A DNA stretch of 64,000 nt from Octopus bimaculoides (GCF_001194135.2 NC_068987.1:24393587-24457586), one strand, 5' to 3'; positions 25,373-39,451 are shown, numbered from the stretch's first letter. The notes: generated by a model not told the origin, from the sequence alone. Translations and numbers: made by a program.

Positions 25373-25700
25373 CTCTCTAGTGATTAGAGGTGAGTTCTCA
25401 CCGTACGAACAATGTCACTTCCGCTATGTCATCTTCGCTCCATCTGGAGTTGTCAATATGTTATTTATTTTTATTTACACATATACTGTAATAGTAATAA
25501 CTAATTAACTCCTGTAATTAACTTGAGAGATTGTTCATTAACCAGAAGACAATAGAGAAGTAGAAAAATGTTCTTCTCAATCTATCAATGCCCTCATCAA
25601 TTTTAAGTCTTGCTCCTTCTGTATATCACTCAATTCTATTTAGAACTCAATTACATCTCAATTATTTAATCTACGAACTACATTGTTGCGTAAGTATCAT
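25373..25700 (+). promoter_or_regulatory. ZNF-3 5' cassette
   Basis: CTCTCTAGTGATTAGAG|GTGAGT, ACTTCCGC at 25417-25424, donor GTAAGTATCA at 25690. Confidence 0.72.
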
Positions 25701-28083
25701 TTATAAATTTTACACATTTATAGAATATTTCGAAACTCAACTGCTATTGTGCCTACAAGAAACACGTGGAGGTAATGGTGGGTAACCATTTTATAAAATC
25801 TGCTAGAATTGAACGACAAATGTAGAAGTTTCTTATCTATCGGGCTTCATGTGAATAAAATATGCTTCATTAGTTGGCTAGGAAAGAGTTGCAGAAAAAA
25901 GTTGAGCGGACTTTCAGAATACTTTTTTTTTTTTTTTGCGAATTTGGCTTTTTCTTTCTTTAGAAAAGGGCAAATACGCAAAAATTTTGTGAAAAGTACA
26001 AAAAATAAAAAAAAGTTCGGTTATATGGGTGCTTAAACCAGAATTCCGCCGTTTGTTTCCTTCATTTTTCAGTATTCTTGTTTCATCGAAAATTGTCAAA
26101 GAATTTTTTTCAAAACATTCTTCCAATCCGTCTCCCTTTCCTTCCGCATGAGATAATGATAACTATTCCGAAACTTCTCCAAAAATCGTTAATATAATGT
26201 ATATTCAGTTAAAAACATGGCGTAACACGTTAGATTTTATTTATTTTGACTGATACCATTTGGAAATATGGGTAATGCCTTTACATTGGGGATCTCCTAC
26301 ACAAATCTTGGAGAAGTAATGGAAACAGTCGCGAAATTTACAAATGGAGGAAATGAAACTTGTCAGTTACGAATGTTGATTAATAAAACAAAATTATTGT
26401 TTATAAACAGAGATATTGATATATATTCGGTTGAAATTGTTCTTTATGTATCCAGTTTCATTAGATTATGTTTTTGATGCTGTTCATAACAATTTTAAAA
26501 AGATTACTTACATTCTTTCGAAGGATTTAACCACTGAATACTTCTTAGTGAAATTTTCTAAGGTGTTCATTGCAACTTTTTATTTTTTAAATTTTAGCAA
26601 GATAATCGTAATCTGTGTTATAGAAAACGTATCTCAGGGAAATTTTGTTTCCCCAAAATATGCAATTCACAAAGTTCGGTGTCTAGGACTGCATTGTCAT
26701 CTCCCCCAAAAGTTATTTCCCTATCCCACCATAATTGTAATTTTCACCATCTAAAATGTATCTCTGAGAAATTTCATTTAATACTATTAATTCTTTTAGC
26801 AAGTTATGGGGTTGGTGATACTTCTGTAGTTATACCTTTTTGAAATGTTTTCAAGCATATTTGCAAGAACTTTAGTTAATGGATCCTTGAAATTCTGAGT
26901 ACCACTAACAATATTTGTAATTTCAAATTAGTTTATAGTGTATATTTTGAAAACAATTCTCAAAATAGTATGTTTGATTAATGGCTTGAAGTATTATTTT
27001 TGTAATTTCGATTGCCATTACCTGATGTCACTTTGTTCAAGTAACTTACTAAATGCATACCTTATTCTTTCCTAGTTGACAATTGATTCCATTCCTTGGA
27101 TTATTGCAGATGACTACTAACTTTTTGTTTACACATTTCATTATTCTGTTTTTATTTAAATTCCACAGATGTTAATATCTTTCTATACACGTTGGTGAAA
27201 GCTTCATCATCATCCTTTGATATCTGTCTTCCATATTGGCATGGTTTTGATGATTCCATAGGATTCGATAAGCCAGTAGACTGTCATGCTTCAATGTCTG
27301 CTTTGACATGCTTTCTACAACTGGATGCCCTTCCTAATGGCGACCATTGGATGCAACATTAATAATGATAATGACTTTCATTTACAAGTATAAAGTCTAT
27401 ATTTATTGTTTTTGAGATGGTGTAGGAGTTACTTTCATTCCAGCACCTTTCATACAGATCTCTCAGGTTGAAAACTTTTGTTGCTATACCCCTGTTGGTC
27501 TTTTTCAATTTGTGATGATGACAAGCATCACAATGATAATATTTTGTACATCTACAGCAGTGTTGACCATTGTTAACTGGTAGTGTGTGAAAACTGGAAG
27601 AGGTCAATGAAATTAGAAGAGTCAAAGTAATTTTGTGAATATAAGGCAAATATCTGATGTGTATATTTTTCTTTTCTGTTGTTAGTGTAGTTTACTAATA
27701 TGGAAAACTTCCTTTTAAAGAAATTTTTGCAATAACAATTGTTTTCAATGTTCCTGTTGTGTTCAGAAATTACTGATAAAGAAAGGAACTGTAATTGTCA
27801 GTATTGAAGACTACAATGGAGTTACAATTATCCTCCCTGGAATTGAGATTATGAAAATTCTTATTCTAATGTTTAAGTGGAAAATTTACCATGAAGTTTT
27901 AATTGTACAGACTAATGTCTTGTTATATCTTGTTAACTAATGCAAGTTTAATGATTGTTTATTTTCTGGTTATTAATTACAAGATTCTATCATCATAAAT
28001 CCCTATTCTATTTTTAACAGCCAAACCATCACACTTTAATGAAGATCATCATACAGGGAAATTATAAATTAAAAGAGAAAATT

Positions 28084-28881
28084 ATGGATCAGAAACTAGA
28101 GCCTGAGAATATTGATTCATCTATCCATACAGAAGAAAATACACGAAAATACACAAAAATAACTTGCCATGAACATAATCACACAAATGAAAAACTATAC
28201 CAATGTTATTTATGTGATAAAACATTCTCTACAAAGGGTCATTTATCTTCCCACATATGTATCCAAACAGGTGAAAAACCCTACCAATGTGATATCTGTG
28301 GTAAAACATTTGCCTACAGTGGTTATTTGTCAAACCACAAATTTGTTCATACAGGAGAAAGACCATACTCTTGTGATATTTGTAGCCAAACATTTACTAG
28401 AACTGGTCATTTGCTTGATCACAAACTTGCTCATACAGGAAAAAAACCATTCCGTTGTGATTTTTGCCATAAAACATTTTCCATGACTAGTGATTTACAT
28501 TCACACATTTGTATACACAGAGGAGAGCGACCATCTTATCATTGTGGTGCATGTGGTCAAACATTCTTCCAAAGTGCTAGTTTAGATCAGCACAAATGTA
28601 TCCACACAGGAGAGAAACCATATCAATGTGATAGCTGTGATAAAAAATTTTCTACAGAAGTTTCTTTGTCTTGCCACAGACGTATGCACACAAGAATAAG
28701 ACCTTTATACCAATGTGATTTTTGTGGTAAAGCATTTTCAAGAGGTGATTCTTTTTCTAAACACAAACTTATCCACTCTAAAAAGAGACCATATAAATGC
28801 GATAGCTGTGGTAAAGCATTTTCTACAAAGACATTTTTGTCTTACCATGAACTTATGCACACAGAAGAAAAACCTTCATAG
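28084..28881 (+). CDS. C2H2 zinc-finger protein ZNF-3 (8 fingers; homologous start MDQKLEPE)
   Basis: Intact ORF (ORF track starts at 28039). Leader homologous to ZNF-1; the first two family fingers are missing. Confidence 0.88.
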   Translation: MDQKLEPENIDSSIHTEENTRKYTKITCHEHNHTNEKLYQCYLCDKTFSTKGHLSSHICIQTGEKPYQCDICGKTFAYSGYLSNHKFVHTGERPYSCDICSQTFTRTGHLLDHKLAHTGKKPFRCDFCHKTFSMTSDLHSHICIHRGERPSYHCGACGQTFFQSASLDQHKCIHTGEKPYQCDSCDKKFSTEVSLSCHRRMHTRIRPLYQCDFCGKAFSRGDSFSKHKLIHSKKRPYKCDSCGKAFSTKTFLSYHELMHTEEKPS

Positions 28882-29095
28882 AAGTGAGTTAACTTTCCCA
28901 CAAAGATATTCACACAGGAGAAAAGCTATTGATATACTATGAAATTTGTGGTGAAACTTTTGCATAGTCATTTCTCTCAACACCTATATTCACAGAGGAA
29001 GGAAGATCATACCATTGTGATATCTGTAATGATACATTTCCTAAAAGTAAACATATCCATAAGGGAGGTAAATCATAGCTATGGTGACACTTTGT

Positions 29096-29101
29096 AATAA
29101 A
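29096..29101 (+). terminator. Putative poly(A) signal of ZNF-3
   Basis: tttgtAATAAA after ggtaaatcatagctat, as in ZNF-1. Confidence 0.55.
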
Positions 29102-32100
29102 CAGTTACCATCAATTAATGTCCAATTTTCTATACTTGCATGGATCTGATGAAATTCTTTGAGGCATGTTTTCCCTAGCTAGATGCCTTTCCTTTCACCA
29201 TTTCTCACTTGTTTCCAAGCTAGGTAAAAGATGTCACTTGTATGATGGCGATAATCATAATTTTTGCATGATGTCAGGACAAGGAGACACAAACACATAC
29301 ATGCACACGTATGAACCTCTTTCAGTTTCTGACTACCAGATCCCCTCACAAGCTTTGGTTGGTTAAAATTATTCTCCACAATATAAAAATATTTATCTTG
29401 CTCTGAAATAATTTAAAACTTGATCTCACTAGAGTTAATAATCAAAGGATAGGAATTTAGCTCCTAGTTGGGACTCAGTCATCATCAGTGCCATCATAAC
29501 TGCACATATTCTCTATACTTGTTTGTACACCCATAAATATCCAGAACAAATCACTTGCTGCTGTATTTTTGATAACTGGTGTCTCTTAGAATTCTATAAT
29601 ACACCATGATAGTGTTAAACTGACACCAACCTAATTTATTTTGTATTTTGCTTGATATATGAGTGTGTATATGGGGTGGCTGAATGAAATCTAGTTCTAA
29701 ATTCACAATTCCTTGGTTATTTCATCCAGATGATCTATTCTAGATGTTCGTCATTATTGTTTTAACACATATTCTTCCATGCTTGCATGGACCAAATGGA
29801 GTTTATTGAAGCAGATTTTCTATGGTCAAATGCCTTTCTGTTGTCAATCTACCTCTGTTTCAAAACAAGGTAAAAATTCCTCATGGCCCGACATGTTTTT
29901 GCATATATTAGAATTGAATGATACTGTTTGTATAACAGTGACACTTGTTTACAACTATCATGCTGTCAAAGAGACACAATCATATTCTTTCTCTTTCTCT
30001 CTCTCTCTCACTCACGCACACACTTGTATACAATGGGCTTCTTTCAGTCTACCAAATACACTCATAAGGCTTCGGTTGGTCTACAGCCATATTAGAAGTG
30101 TCATGCCTTGGACATCCTTTTATATTTATGATACCTGAAATAATTGCTTAGTTTGTTCTCTTTTCTATATTATTAATGTATAGTAAACTGAGTGTTGGTA
30201 AGACATGTCTGTTGTTTCCATCTAGCTTACTACTTGGATAATGTTGGTAAATCATTGACAGTTTTATCAGATGTCTGAGAAAGTGAACTTCTTGATATTG
30301 GATTATTTATTCTATTGTTTATTGCTCATGCTCTCAATTTACTCAGCTAAATAAATTCCTTACTATTGTGGACTTAATTCAATGATTGCAACTACAAGAA
30401 ATTAGTGAAAAAGATTTGCAACTCTAATAGTTGGCCAAATAATATTTGGAGTTTGTTAACACTTAAATCATGATAATACTGAATGAACTCTTTTGATACC
30501 AATGTGCCTGAGGCTGCTCCTGAATCTGTGATACATACTTCCTCTTTTTAAAGTGATATAAGTTAAAAAACCTTTCTATATAATTTCATGTTCCAAGCAC
30601 CGGGTTGATAAGGAGAAAGGTATCCTATTGAATTTTTCATTATTTTTAAAATTGATTAAAAGAAAGACATTGTATATCAAGAAGAATATGATAGCAAAAA
30701 GGGCAAAACTAAAGAAGGCCTTATGCTGCAATGAAAATTTTACACAGAAGCATATGAATTAATCGATGTTAGTGAGGAGCCAGTTAAAATAATTCCCTTT
30801 TCAGCCACATGATTGGCAAGAAGTAACTATATAAAACAAATTCTTAGTGGGATGCTTTAAAATTGCATTTTTATGTGGCATCTAGTTATAAAATGTTTTA
30901 TGTAAGATTACTTGAATGCAGCTAACAAATGTAATTTAACATCTATGAGACTTGTGTTGTGTGAATTTGCTAAAATTAATGTGCTGTTCAAAAAAAGAAA
31001 TGTTTGATCACTGTAACATGAACAGCATAGTTTTACAATTTATGGTTACAAGAATTTTGTATACTCAATGTGAAATTTGAAATGAATTTAGACATTGATT
31101 TATAAACATGCAGTCATGGTTGTATGATTAAGTTTTCTTACTAAGTACATTATTATGAGCTCAGTCACACTGCATGGCACCTAGGACCAACCAAAGCCTT
31201 GTGAGTAAATTTGCCAAACAAATTGAAAGCCCAGCACATCCATACATGTATGAGTGCTTGTGTCTCCTGGTCTTGTTATGTGATGTTGTAAACAAGCGTC
31301 CCCTTCATACAAGTAGTGTTGTTTGTTTCCACTCTTCTTTGGAAATGTGTCAGATCATGGGGAAAAATTACTCTGCTTGGAAGCAAGTGAATGCTGGTGA
31401 CAGGAAAGGCATTCAGTTGTAGAAAATCTACCTTATAAATAGGTGACTTTATATATGAGCTGTTTTAACAGTTTTTAACCAATAAAATTTCATCAAAAAA
31501 ATTTTCTAAGAACAAAGCCACACATTAGAAAAGCTATCTAAGCCTCTTGAGATGTACTCAGAACTCTTAAACAGTGTAGCTAGAAATAGTGAAACCCTTC
31601 AGAAGATTAAAAATCATTTCTTCATCATCATCATCATTGTTTAACGTCCGCTTTCCATGCTAGCATGGGTTGGACATTCACCTTTCTTTTGTAGGTCTGC
31701 CTTTAACTTTGACCAATCTAAACTTGGGAAATAGAGAACTAGTGGCTCAAACTGTTAACACACCATTGGAAAAGTATACTAAGCAAATTCTTAAAGACAA
31801 GTTAGAAGCCTGGTGTAGACCAACAACACCGAAAGATGTAGGGATGAATCTGGCTTGCTAGATTTGTCATGTGTTGTCTGTTTACAGCATGCCACTAAGC
31901 AATTTCTTGGTTGAAAATGTGTTTCAAAGAATAACCTCCATCAAAGCTGAGTGAAAAAAACAGGATGGTTTCGATACACTTTCTCTTTTACTCGCTACCC
32001 TGTTTTGCAAATTGTGCCAATTCTGCTGGGGGACTGCCATTTTGTCAGTTTTACAACTAAAACTCAAAGTAGTTATATTTGTTACTGATTTTGCTCCTAG

Positions 32101-33999
32101 TGAAGCTACAGTGAGAAAGAAATTAAGGAAGAGAATGAAATTTTCAATGCACTAAAATATAAGGCATGAATCATAATGACTTCAAAGTTTGGCACAAGGC
32201 CAACAATTTCAGAGGAGGCTGCTAGTCAATTACAATTGACCCCAGTGTTCAACTGGTATTTATTTTATTAACCCTGAAAGGCAAAGTCGACCTCTAGAAT
32301 TTGAATTTAGAATGTAAAAATTAACAAAATGTCACTAAGCATTTTGCCCAGCATGCTAATGAATATGCCACCTCAGTGCCTTAAAGGTATGAATCATAAT
32401 GAATGTCTTATTCAGTTATCAACTGTGTTAATTAGAACTGATCTACAGGAAATCCTTATGTTTATATATTTTCAATTTGCCAGCTATATTTTCATTCTGG
32501 GCTACTTTCTAATACAATCTGCCATTTTTCATGAAACTGACCTGGTAACTCTGTATCGTGGCAGACCTTAAGAATTGAAACTGAAAGGGAAAGTTTTTCT
32601 TCCTTGAATGCTCCTGTTGTGTGTAAGATTGATATTGTTGAATATTTGCATGTAATTTGATAAATTTCAAATCCTTATATTTTAAAACTTTCATTACTAT
32701 ATTTTCAATGAAATAGGCTGCCTTCATTTACATTCATTTTGAAAAGAATGAAGAATTTTGTGAAACAAATTTTGTCATTTTTAAGCTAGTGTTCAGAACA
32801 CAAATTAACTGAAAATTTTGATGGAAGGTTTCAATTTAGATTACTGTAAATTAGGAAGTTTGTATTATAGAATCAGGAGGAGTCTCAATAAGGTTGGTAC
32901 CAAAAGAGTTAATCAAGGTAATATCATTTTCTGATACGTATTGACTATCTGGTGAAAGTTGTTGGTATAAATGCTTCCATGGATATTGGTCACAGAACTT
33001 AATATTAGTTGAGTTAAAGTATGTTAGAAGAGTGTTTTGTATATTAGGTATAATACAATGTGGCCTCACTTATGTAATATAAGGAGTTAAAAAATTTGGT
33101 TAACTTGGATTGTCCATGCAGTCTGAAGACAAAAGATATCCCCTCCAGTGGGTGTGCAACATTTTATAAACACCAAAAAAGGGGGACAACTAGTAAAATT
33201 AAGTTTAAATTTTAGAAACCGAAGACTATCAGATATGAGTGGTTATGGTTATTGTTTTTAATGCCAACAAGTAATAGCAAGGTATGTTTCAGTTTTATTA
33301 GACCTACCTCCTCAGCAATGCATATTGTTTGTTGGTGAGATTTAGAAGTAATCAGTTTACATATAGAAATACTGAATGTATTGAGGTTTAATATTATTAC
33401 CCATAAAATGGTTTGGGGAAATATTTCAGAAAAGCATTTTTCTTTCTAGATACATGTGCAGGAAGGTCCTAAAATGTTGTTTTTTTTTCCTGAACGATAT
33501 CAGTGGGAGATAGCCTAAACAGAAACAAATGTTATATTCAGTAATTGAGCATCTGAAAGTTTTTTTGCAATGGAAGATAAAACATCTGATTCAGTTGTGT
33601 TATGTCCATTATCTGATTTAGTTGTGTTCTGCTCATTATGTTGGTGCTTAAAAACCTGCATCATTCTAAGTACACATCTTTAAACGTGTCCATTCCATTT
33701 TTATTTTAAAATGTTCAAGCCATGATCACCATTTTTTTTTAAAGAGCATAACCATCTTACATTCTGAACATGACTCAGCTTTTTTGAAATCATTCACACC
33801 ATCCCCATCCCTTTTTCCAACAGGTTTTTTTTCCCCAAAGTGCATAACCATTACAATAGTGACTATTTCTATTTTTTGTAACCCAAAATCTGCCTTGTAC
33901 CACACTATGCAATTTTTTTAAAGACAGTACTGGAGATACTGTAAAGCAGAATGCATTATGCTTTAAAAATAAAAGATGGAATGCCTTTAAATAACTGGC

Positions 34000-34420
34000 A
34001 ACAGCAATACATACACACATTAGTCTGTGAGAGTACTACAGTCAGCTATGCTAGCAATAGCAGCTACATCTTTGTCAACACTAATTAGTTATGTTGAGTC
34101 CTGAAATTATCTGATAAACTCCATTTTATAATTAATACTAAATGCTTTCTGCACTGCATTTTAGAACTGAAAGCTTTTGAGAGTCTAAAGTAGGACATTG
34201 CCAATTCTACTACAAAAGCAATTGATCTGGCCGTGCTGCTGGTAGTTGAGAACATTGCTTCAGAGCATGCTATTGCTGCCAGCCTATATCTTGTGCCAAC
34301 CAGGATGCCCAGTGGCTTTCTATTCAAGAATACTTTTAGCTTGTGAGCAAAGACATTCTTTTATGGAAACAATCCTATGCTATATCTTTAAAGAAGTGGA
34401 CACACTATCTACTAATTCTA
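34000..34420 (+). mobile_element. Gypsy RT-RNase H fragment (decayed)
   Basis: AFESLK*DIANS..VVENIASEHAIAA..PVAFYSR..KKWTHYL, matching the Gypsy TDAS..IAA..PVAFFSR RNase H motif. Confidence 0.7.
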
Positions 34421-34714
34421 GTTAGTAACCGATCAGAAATCAGTTACCTTCATGTTTGATAATAGATGGAAGAGTAAAATAAAGGCTGTAAAAAAAAAAT
34501 TTGGCCGTTTTCAATATGATATAACTGATAGGCCAAGGAAGGACAATGCTGCTGATGACTCTCTATCTTTGATTTGGTGTTTAGCTGTTGCTCTTAACCA
34601 GGATCTTGCTCTTTTCTGAGCTGAACTCCATCTTGTATATTCCTGATACTTTTTAAGCTCCAAAGGAGTACTGTGAAGCAGATATTTAACATTAGACTGC
34701 TCACTAAGAAGCAT

Positions 34715-35045
34715 CTGCAATACCAGTCTAACTTCATCAACTTCAACTTCAAAAGAGGCCTTTGACTGTATTTGGCATGATGGTTTGTGGTAGGTGGTGA
34801 AGAATTACAACTTTGACAACAACCACATTGAAGTAATCCAAGCACTGTATGAAAACTCAATCCATGCAGTTCACCTGAACAACAACATCGAAGAATTCTT
34901 CAGGGCAACAGTGGGTATTCAATAAGGATGTACCCTTTCTCCAGTGCTTTTCAACATCTTCCTGGAGAACATCATGCAGGAGACACTTGAAGACCTCAAC
35001 TCCTCTGTTTCAATGGGAGGACATCCCATTTCCAACCTGCAGAAC
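34715..35045 (+). mobile_element. RTE-type RT fragment
   Basis: AFDCIWHDGLW..IQALYEN..TVGIQ*GCTLSPVLFNIFLENIMQE. Confidence 0.75.
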
Positions 35046-35516
35046 TATGGAAGCTCACCATCACACCGTGCCTATGGTAGAAAGGATTATTATTAAGTTA
35101 ATGAGCTAGCAGAATGGTTACTATGGTGGACAAAATGCTTAATGGCATTTCTTCCATCTCTACCTTCTGAGTTTAAATGCCATCAAGGTCAACTTTGTCT
35201 TTCATCCTTATCTGGTTGATAAAATAAGTACCCATTGAGTACTAGGGTTGATGTAATAAACTACCCACTTTCCCAAATTTCAGGCCTTGTACTTATGGTA
35301 GAAAGTATCATTATTAATAATCCATATTATCTATCCAACATATAACACTGATCAATTGTGTGAGTTTGGTAATAACAGAAATCTTTGGGGTTGTCACAAT
35401 ATCTATAGAAGTGAAATCATCAAAACACAATTTCAGAAAAGTTGATATTTAATATTTCGTATGTGTATTTGGTGTGCAAGATTCTTGATGTGGATACGTG
35501 TGTTGAAAGAAATACA

Positions 35517-37041
35517 ATTAAACCTTGGGAGATAATAAACACATGCACTGGTTCAGTCCTTTATTAATTTATAAACAGTATTTAGTTTTGTGTTGTTTTT
35601 GTTTTGTTAAATCATTTCATTGCAATCTCTTCAGTAACTTGTCTCTCCACTTCCATTTATTTTGAATGTATGATTTAGCGTTGTTTTGAAATTGTCTGGT
35701 ATGAGCATGTGAGTGTGTGTTTGTTAAATTTCGTTCATATCAGATAAGATAGAGACTTTGGACTTGGTTTTGGTTTCCTTTCTGTTTTCTTCGTAAATGC
35801 ATCTTTTTTTTTTATTTATGTTCATGTTCTGTATTTCATGTGTGAACAACATCTGCAACCATGGGTAATTGTAAGGCTTTTATCTACGTGTACTTGCTAT
35901 TCAAAATTGGTTGCGTTTCAGTTATGAGGACTGACTCTTGTATTTGCCGTAACGATGCGTCATTAGGGTGTCTAGACAGGATTTCTATGCTAATTCGGTC
36001 CAGTACACCACCATGTTGTTCTTTGGCATGCTGGTATAACACCAAGGTTTGTTTATGATTCTTATAGTCCCTCCAATGTTCATTTACACGCTCAGCCAAA
36101 CTTCTCGCCGTTTCACCTATGTATGCCGTGTTTCCGTTTTTACAATCACCATCCATACAGCTTATTTTGTAAACCACATTTCTGGCTTTGCAGTTGATAC
36201 CAGGACTATATTTGCACACAATGCAATTCTCTTCTACACACTTTGTCCTTTTGAAGGGGTATGTTTTGCATATTATCGACCTAATGGATCTCCCTGGATT
36301 TCTATGACATTTATCTTCAACTTAGTACTTTTGAGGATTTTTCTAAATCTGCAGGCTAGTTTTCCGTGTGGTGTGGTGTCTATAAACATTACACCTTGGA
36401 ACTTGACGGTATTGTACCACATGTTCTTTCTGTTTGTTTTGTCACTAATTCTTTGTAGTTGATTCCACTGTTTATTACGGTACCTAGGTTGTGTTTCATC
36501 TGTATCTTTGACAACAATCTCCTCAAATTTCTTGCTAGCTCCTCTGTATAGTCAGATCCTATCTTTCTGGCTGTATCCCGAAAACTGCATGTGATGCATG
36601 AAGTCTTGTATATGTCTTTGTCTCTCCCAAGGACTGCACAGGGGGGATATGTTTTTCATTATTCTGACTAAATCGGCTATTAATATATTAATTTTCACAC
36701 TGTGTGATAGAGCCGAATTCTTATGGATAACATACTTTGAAGATATAGGTTTCATATAATGTGAGTGGAGGATTTGAATTTGTCGTTAATTGTTTCTAGC
36801 CAAAGTTCTGTGTCAAGTACCAGGAGTCTCTTGTTGGGTAATCTATTGTTACTTTGATGCTCTGGTGTATTGCATTAGCTGTATTCTGGATGTTTTCCAT
36901 CACGATCTTCTCGTTCTCTTCGGTCTGAATGTTTGATGGTGTTTTGACTACGATGTTAATGTCATCCACATATCTCCCGTACAGTTTCATTGTTATCGAG
37001 TGTTATTTATTACCAGCATAATGCCTCTCCCAAGGTTTAAT
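35517..37041 (-). mobile_element. Penelope-like element, 5'-truncated (RT C-terminus, thumb, GIY-YIG endonuclease, pseudo-LTR)
   Basis: YGRYVDDINIVV (36796-36990); KPISSKYVIHKNSAL (36552-36755); CKARNVVYKISC..AYIGETARSLAERVNEH (35884-36219). 16-bp inverted repeat at 35517-35532 / 37026-37041. Confidence 0.9.
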
Positions 37042-38254
37042 GATATTTAATAGTTTTATTTGATTTTCGTAATGGTTTTGGTTTGTAGTATTTTATGTAC
37101 TGTTAATGGTAATTCATCCAAATAAGTTCTACTGAATGATTTCTTTAGAAATAATAATAAGAAGAAGAAATACTGTACTGTAAGTATTGACAGTCTGTAT
37201 TTATCTCAATTACCTATTTATTTCCTCTGACATCTCCAAAGACAAATCTGAAGAGTTTCTTCAGAGAACTATGTGACAAATACTAAATGGTTGGAAAATA
37301 AAATGTCATGTTTTTATTCAACACAAATTAGTGATCAAATTCATAGAAACAAATAAAGGTTGGTAGACAATTTTAATAAGAATTTTAAATGATAAATTCA
37401 ATTATTCATGTATTTATTGTCCTCATCATTTTGCATCTACTTTTCATACTGTCTTTGTTTGGAATTACTTTTGTCTTTTGCATTTCAGTTTTGGCGTGGT
37501 TTCTATGCCTGGATACCCTTCCTATCACAAAGTGTACTGGATGCATTTTGTGGCACCAACACTAGAGAAGTTGTATGTTCATAAAATGTTAGTAATGGAA
37601 GTGGACAAACAGTAAGTGTGAATAATGGATGCCAATAACAGTGGCCTGGAGAAAATGGAGTGATGACCAGAAGTATAGAAAGTGTTATATATGCGGTGCA
37701 TGCAGATCTGATACAATCCCTCATACATGTCTTGTGACGAGCAAGAGATGGAGTTATAAGGATGAAAGAGATTAAGTGTTAGAGAAATGGGCAAAGGTTC
37801 AATGACATCCCTAGTTACATTGGAAGTTATGGTACAATGAATAGGGGCGATCCACTGATACACTGGCAGTAGTGTATAGTGAAAGTGTAAAGAAGAGGAT
37901 GAATAATGATAAGTGGTAGAAGGAAGAGCGTTAGAAAGACAAGAAGTTATCAAAGAGGAGGGGCAAGGTGATAGCTATATATGTATTATGCCTGCAGGCT
38001 AATAAGAGGCATAATATATATATATCAACATATATGTTTGTATTTTACACATAAAATGATGCATTTAGCTTTAAAAATGTATTTTCATTTATATTACATT
38101 AAACTATTAGAAATGAAAATTTCACTGATGCCACTATTTTCAAAATTGATCCCCAACTCCTTTGTAAGTTGTACAAGAATATCTATATTTAAAATTTTAA
38201 CATGTAGTACTTTGCTGCACTTTCATCATCATCGTTATTATTATAAAGGTGGCA

Positions 38255-38650
38255 AGCTAGCAGAATCATTAGCTAGGCAAAATGCTTAGCAGTATTTCAT
38301 CCATCTTTATGTTCTGTGTTCAAATTTCACTGAGGTTGACTTTGCCTTTTGTTGTTGCCTCGTCGATAAATTAAGTACCAGTGAAACACTAGGGTCAGTG
38401 TAATCAACTAGTCCTCTATTCCCAAATTTCAGGCCTTGTGCCTTTAGTAGAAAGGATTATTATTATTAAGGTGACAAGCTCACAGAATCATTAGCACACC
38501 AAGTAGAATGTTTAGCAGCATTTTGTCTTTCTTTATGTTCTGAGTTATAACTCCACAGGGGTTGACTTTGCTTTTCATCCTCTCGGGTACGATAAAATAA
38601 GTACCAGTTGAACACTGGGGTTGATGTAATTGACTAATCCCCTCCCCCAA
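38255..38650 (+). mobile_element. Two tandem SINE type A copies
   Basis: The second head begins in the (ATT)n tail of the first. Confidence 0.78.
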
Positions 38651-38689
38651 AATAAAAGTTCTTTGCTTTTTGGAATTGATTGAAATATA

Positions 38690-38925
38690 TTTTGAAAGTA
38701 CTGTTTCTAGAATAAGATTTGGGTGGAGGAAGTTCAGAGAGCTATTATTACCTCTGTTGGCAGCAAAAGAACTCTCTCTCAGACTGAAAGGTAGACTATA
38801 TGATGCTTGTGTGCAAATGGCTATACTCCATGGTAGTGAGACATGGGCTCTGAATGCAGAAGGCATGCATAGGCTGGAGAGAAATGAAGGTGGTATGCCC
38901 CAGTGGATGTCGATCTCAAGTCCTT
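38690..38925 (+). mobile_element. RTE ORF2 C-terminal fragment
   Basis: RIRFGWRKFRELLPLL..LSLRLKGRLYDACV..LHGSETWAL. Confidence 0.85.
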
Positions 38926-39451
38926 AATGCTAACGTTTCACTCTCATATAACATAATAATCCTGACATGAAGCATGAATACTGACTCTCTCAATATTACT
39001 TGACAACTACACTGATATTAAATATTTGTTATCATTATATTTCATTTGTTTATAGGTCATTGTAGATAACCATTCTGTCCCATCTCATTTTTATACTGTA
39101 ACTGTATCCACTCTGTGATGCCTGTCCACATATTTCTTGGTCCGTCACATCTGTACCATTTACTTTTCCTTCCAAAAAATATATTTGTCTCAAACATTTC
39201 TAAGATATTGGTGTTATGAAGGGTAACCAGCTGTAGAAACCATACCAAAGTAGACAGTGGAACTTGGTGCAATTTTCTGACTTGCCAGCTCCTGTCAAAC
39301 CATCCAACCCATGCCAGCATAAGAATTGGATGTTTTATGTTCAGTCCATGACACATGTCAAGAATGATAAACTAAGTTCAAAATTGTGAAGAATGTTCAG
39401 AAGTCTAAAACATAAAAGCCAAAGAGTCAGTGATATACATTAACAAATTCA

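Noticed and set aside
26268-26754. Short ORFs with faint LINE RT-like wording
   Set aside because: Too degenerate to support a call.
28039-28083. Upstream ATG extending ZNF-3 by 15 aa
   Set aside because: The homologous region is untranslated leader in ZNF-1; the second ATG matches the family start.
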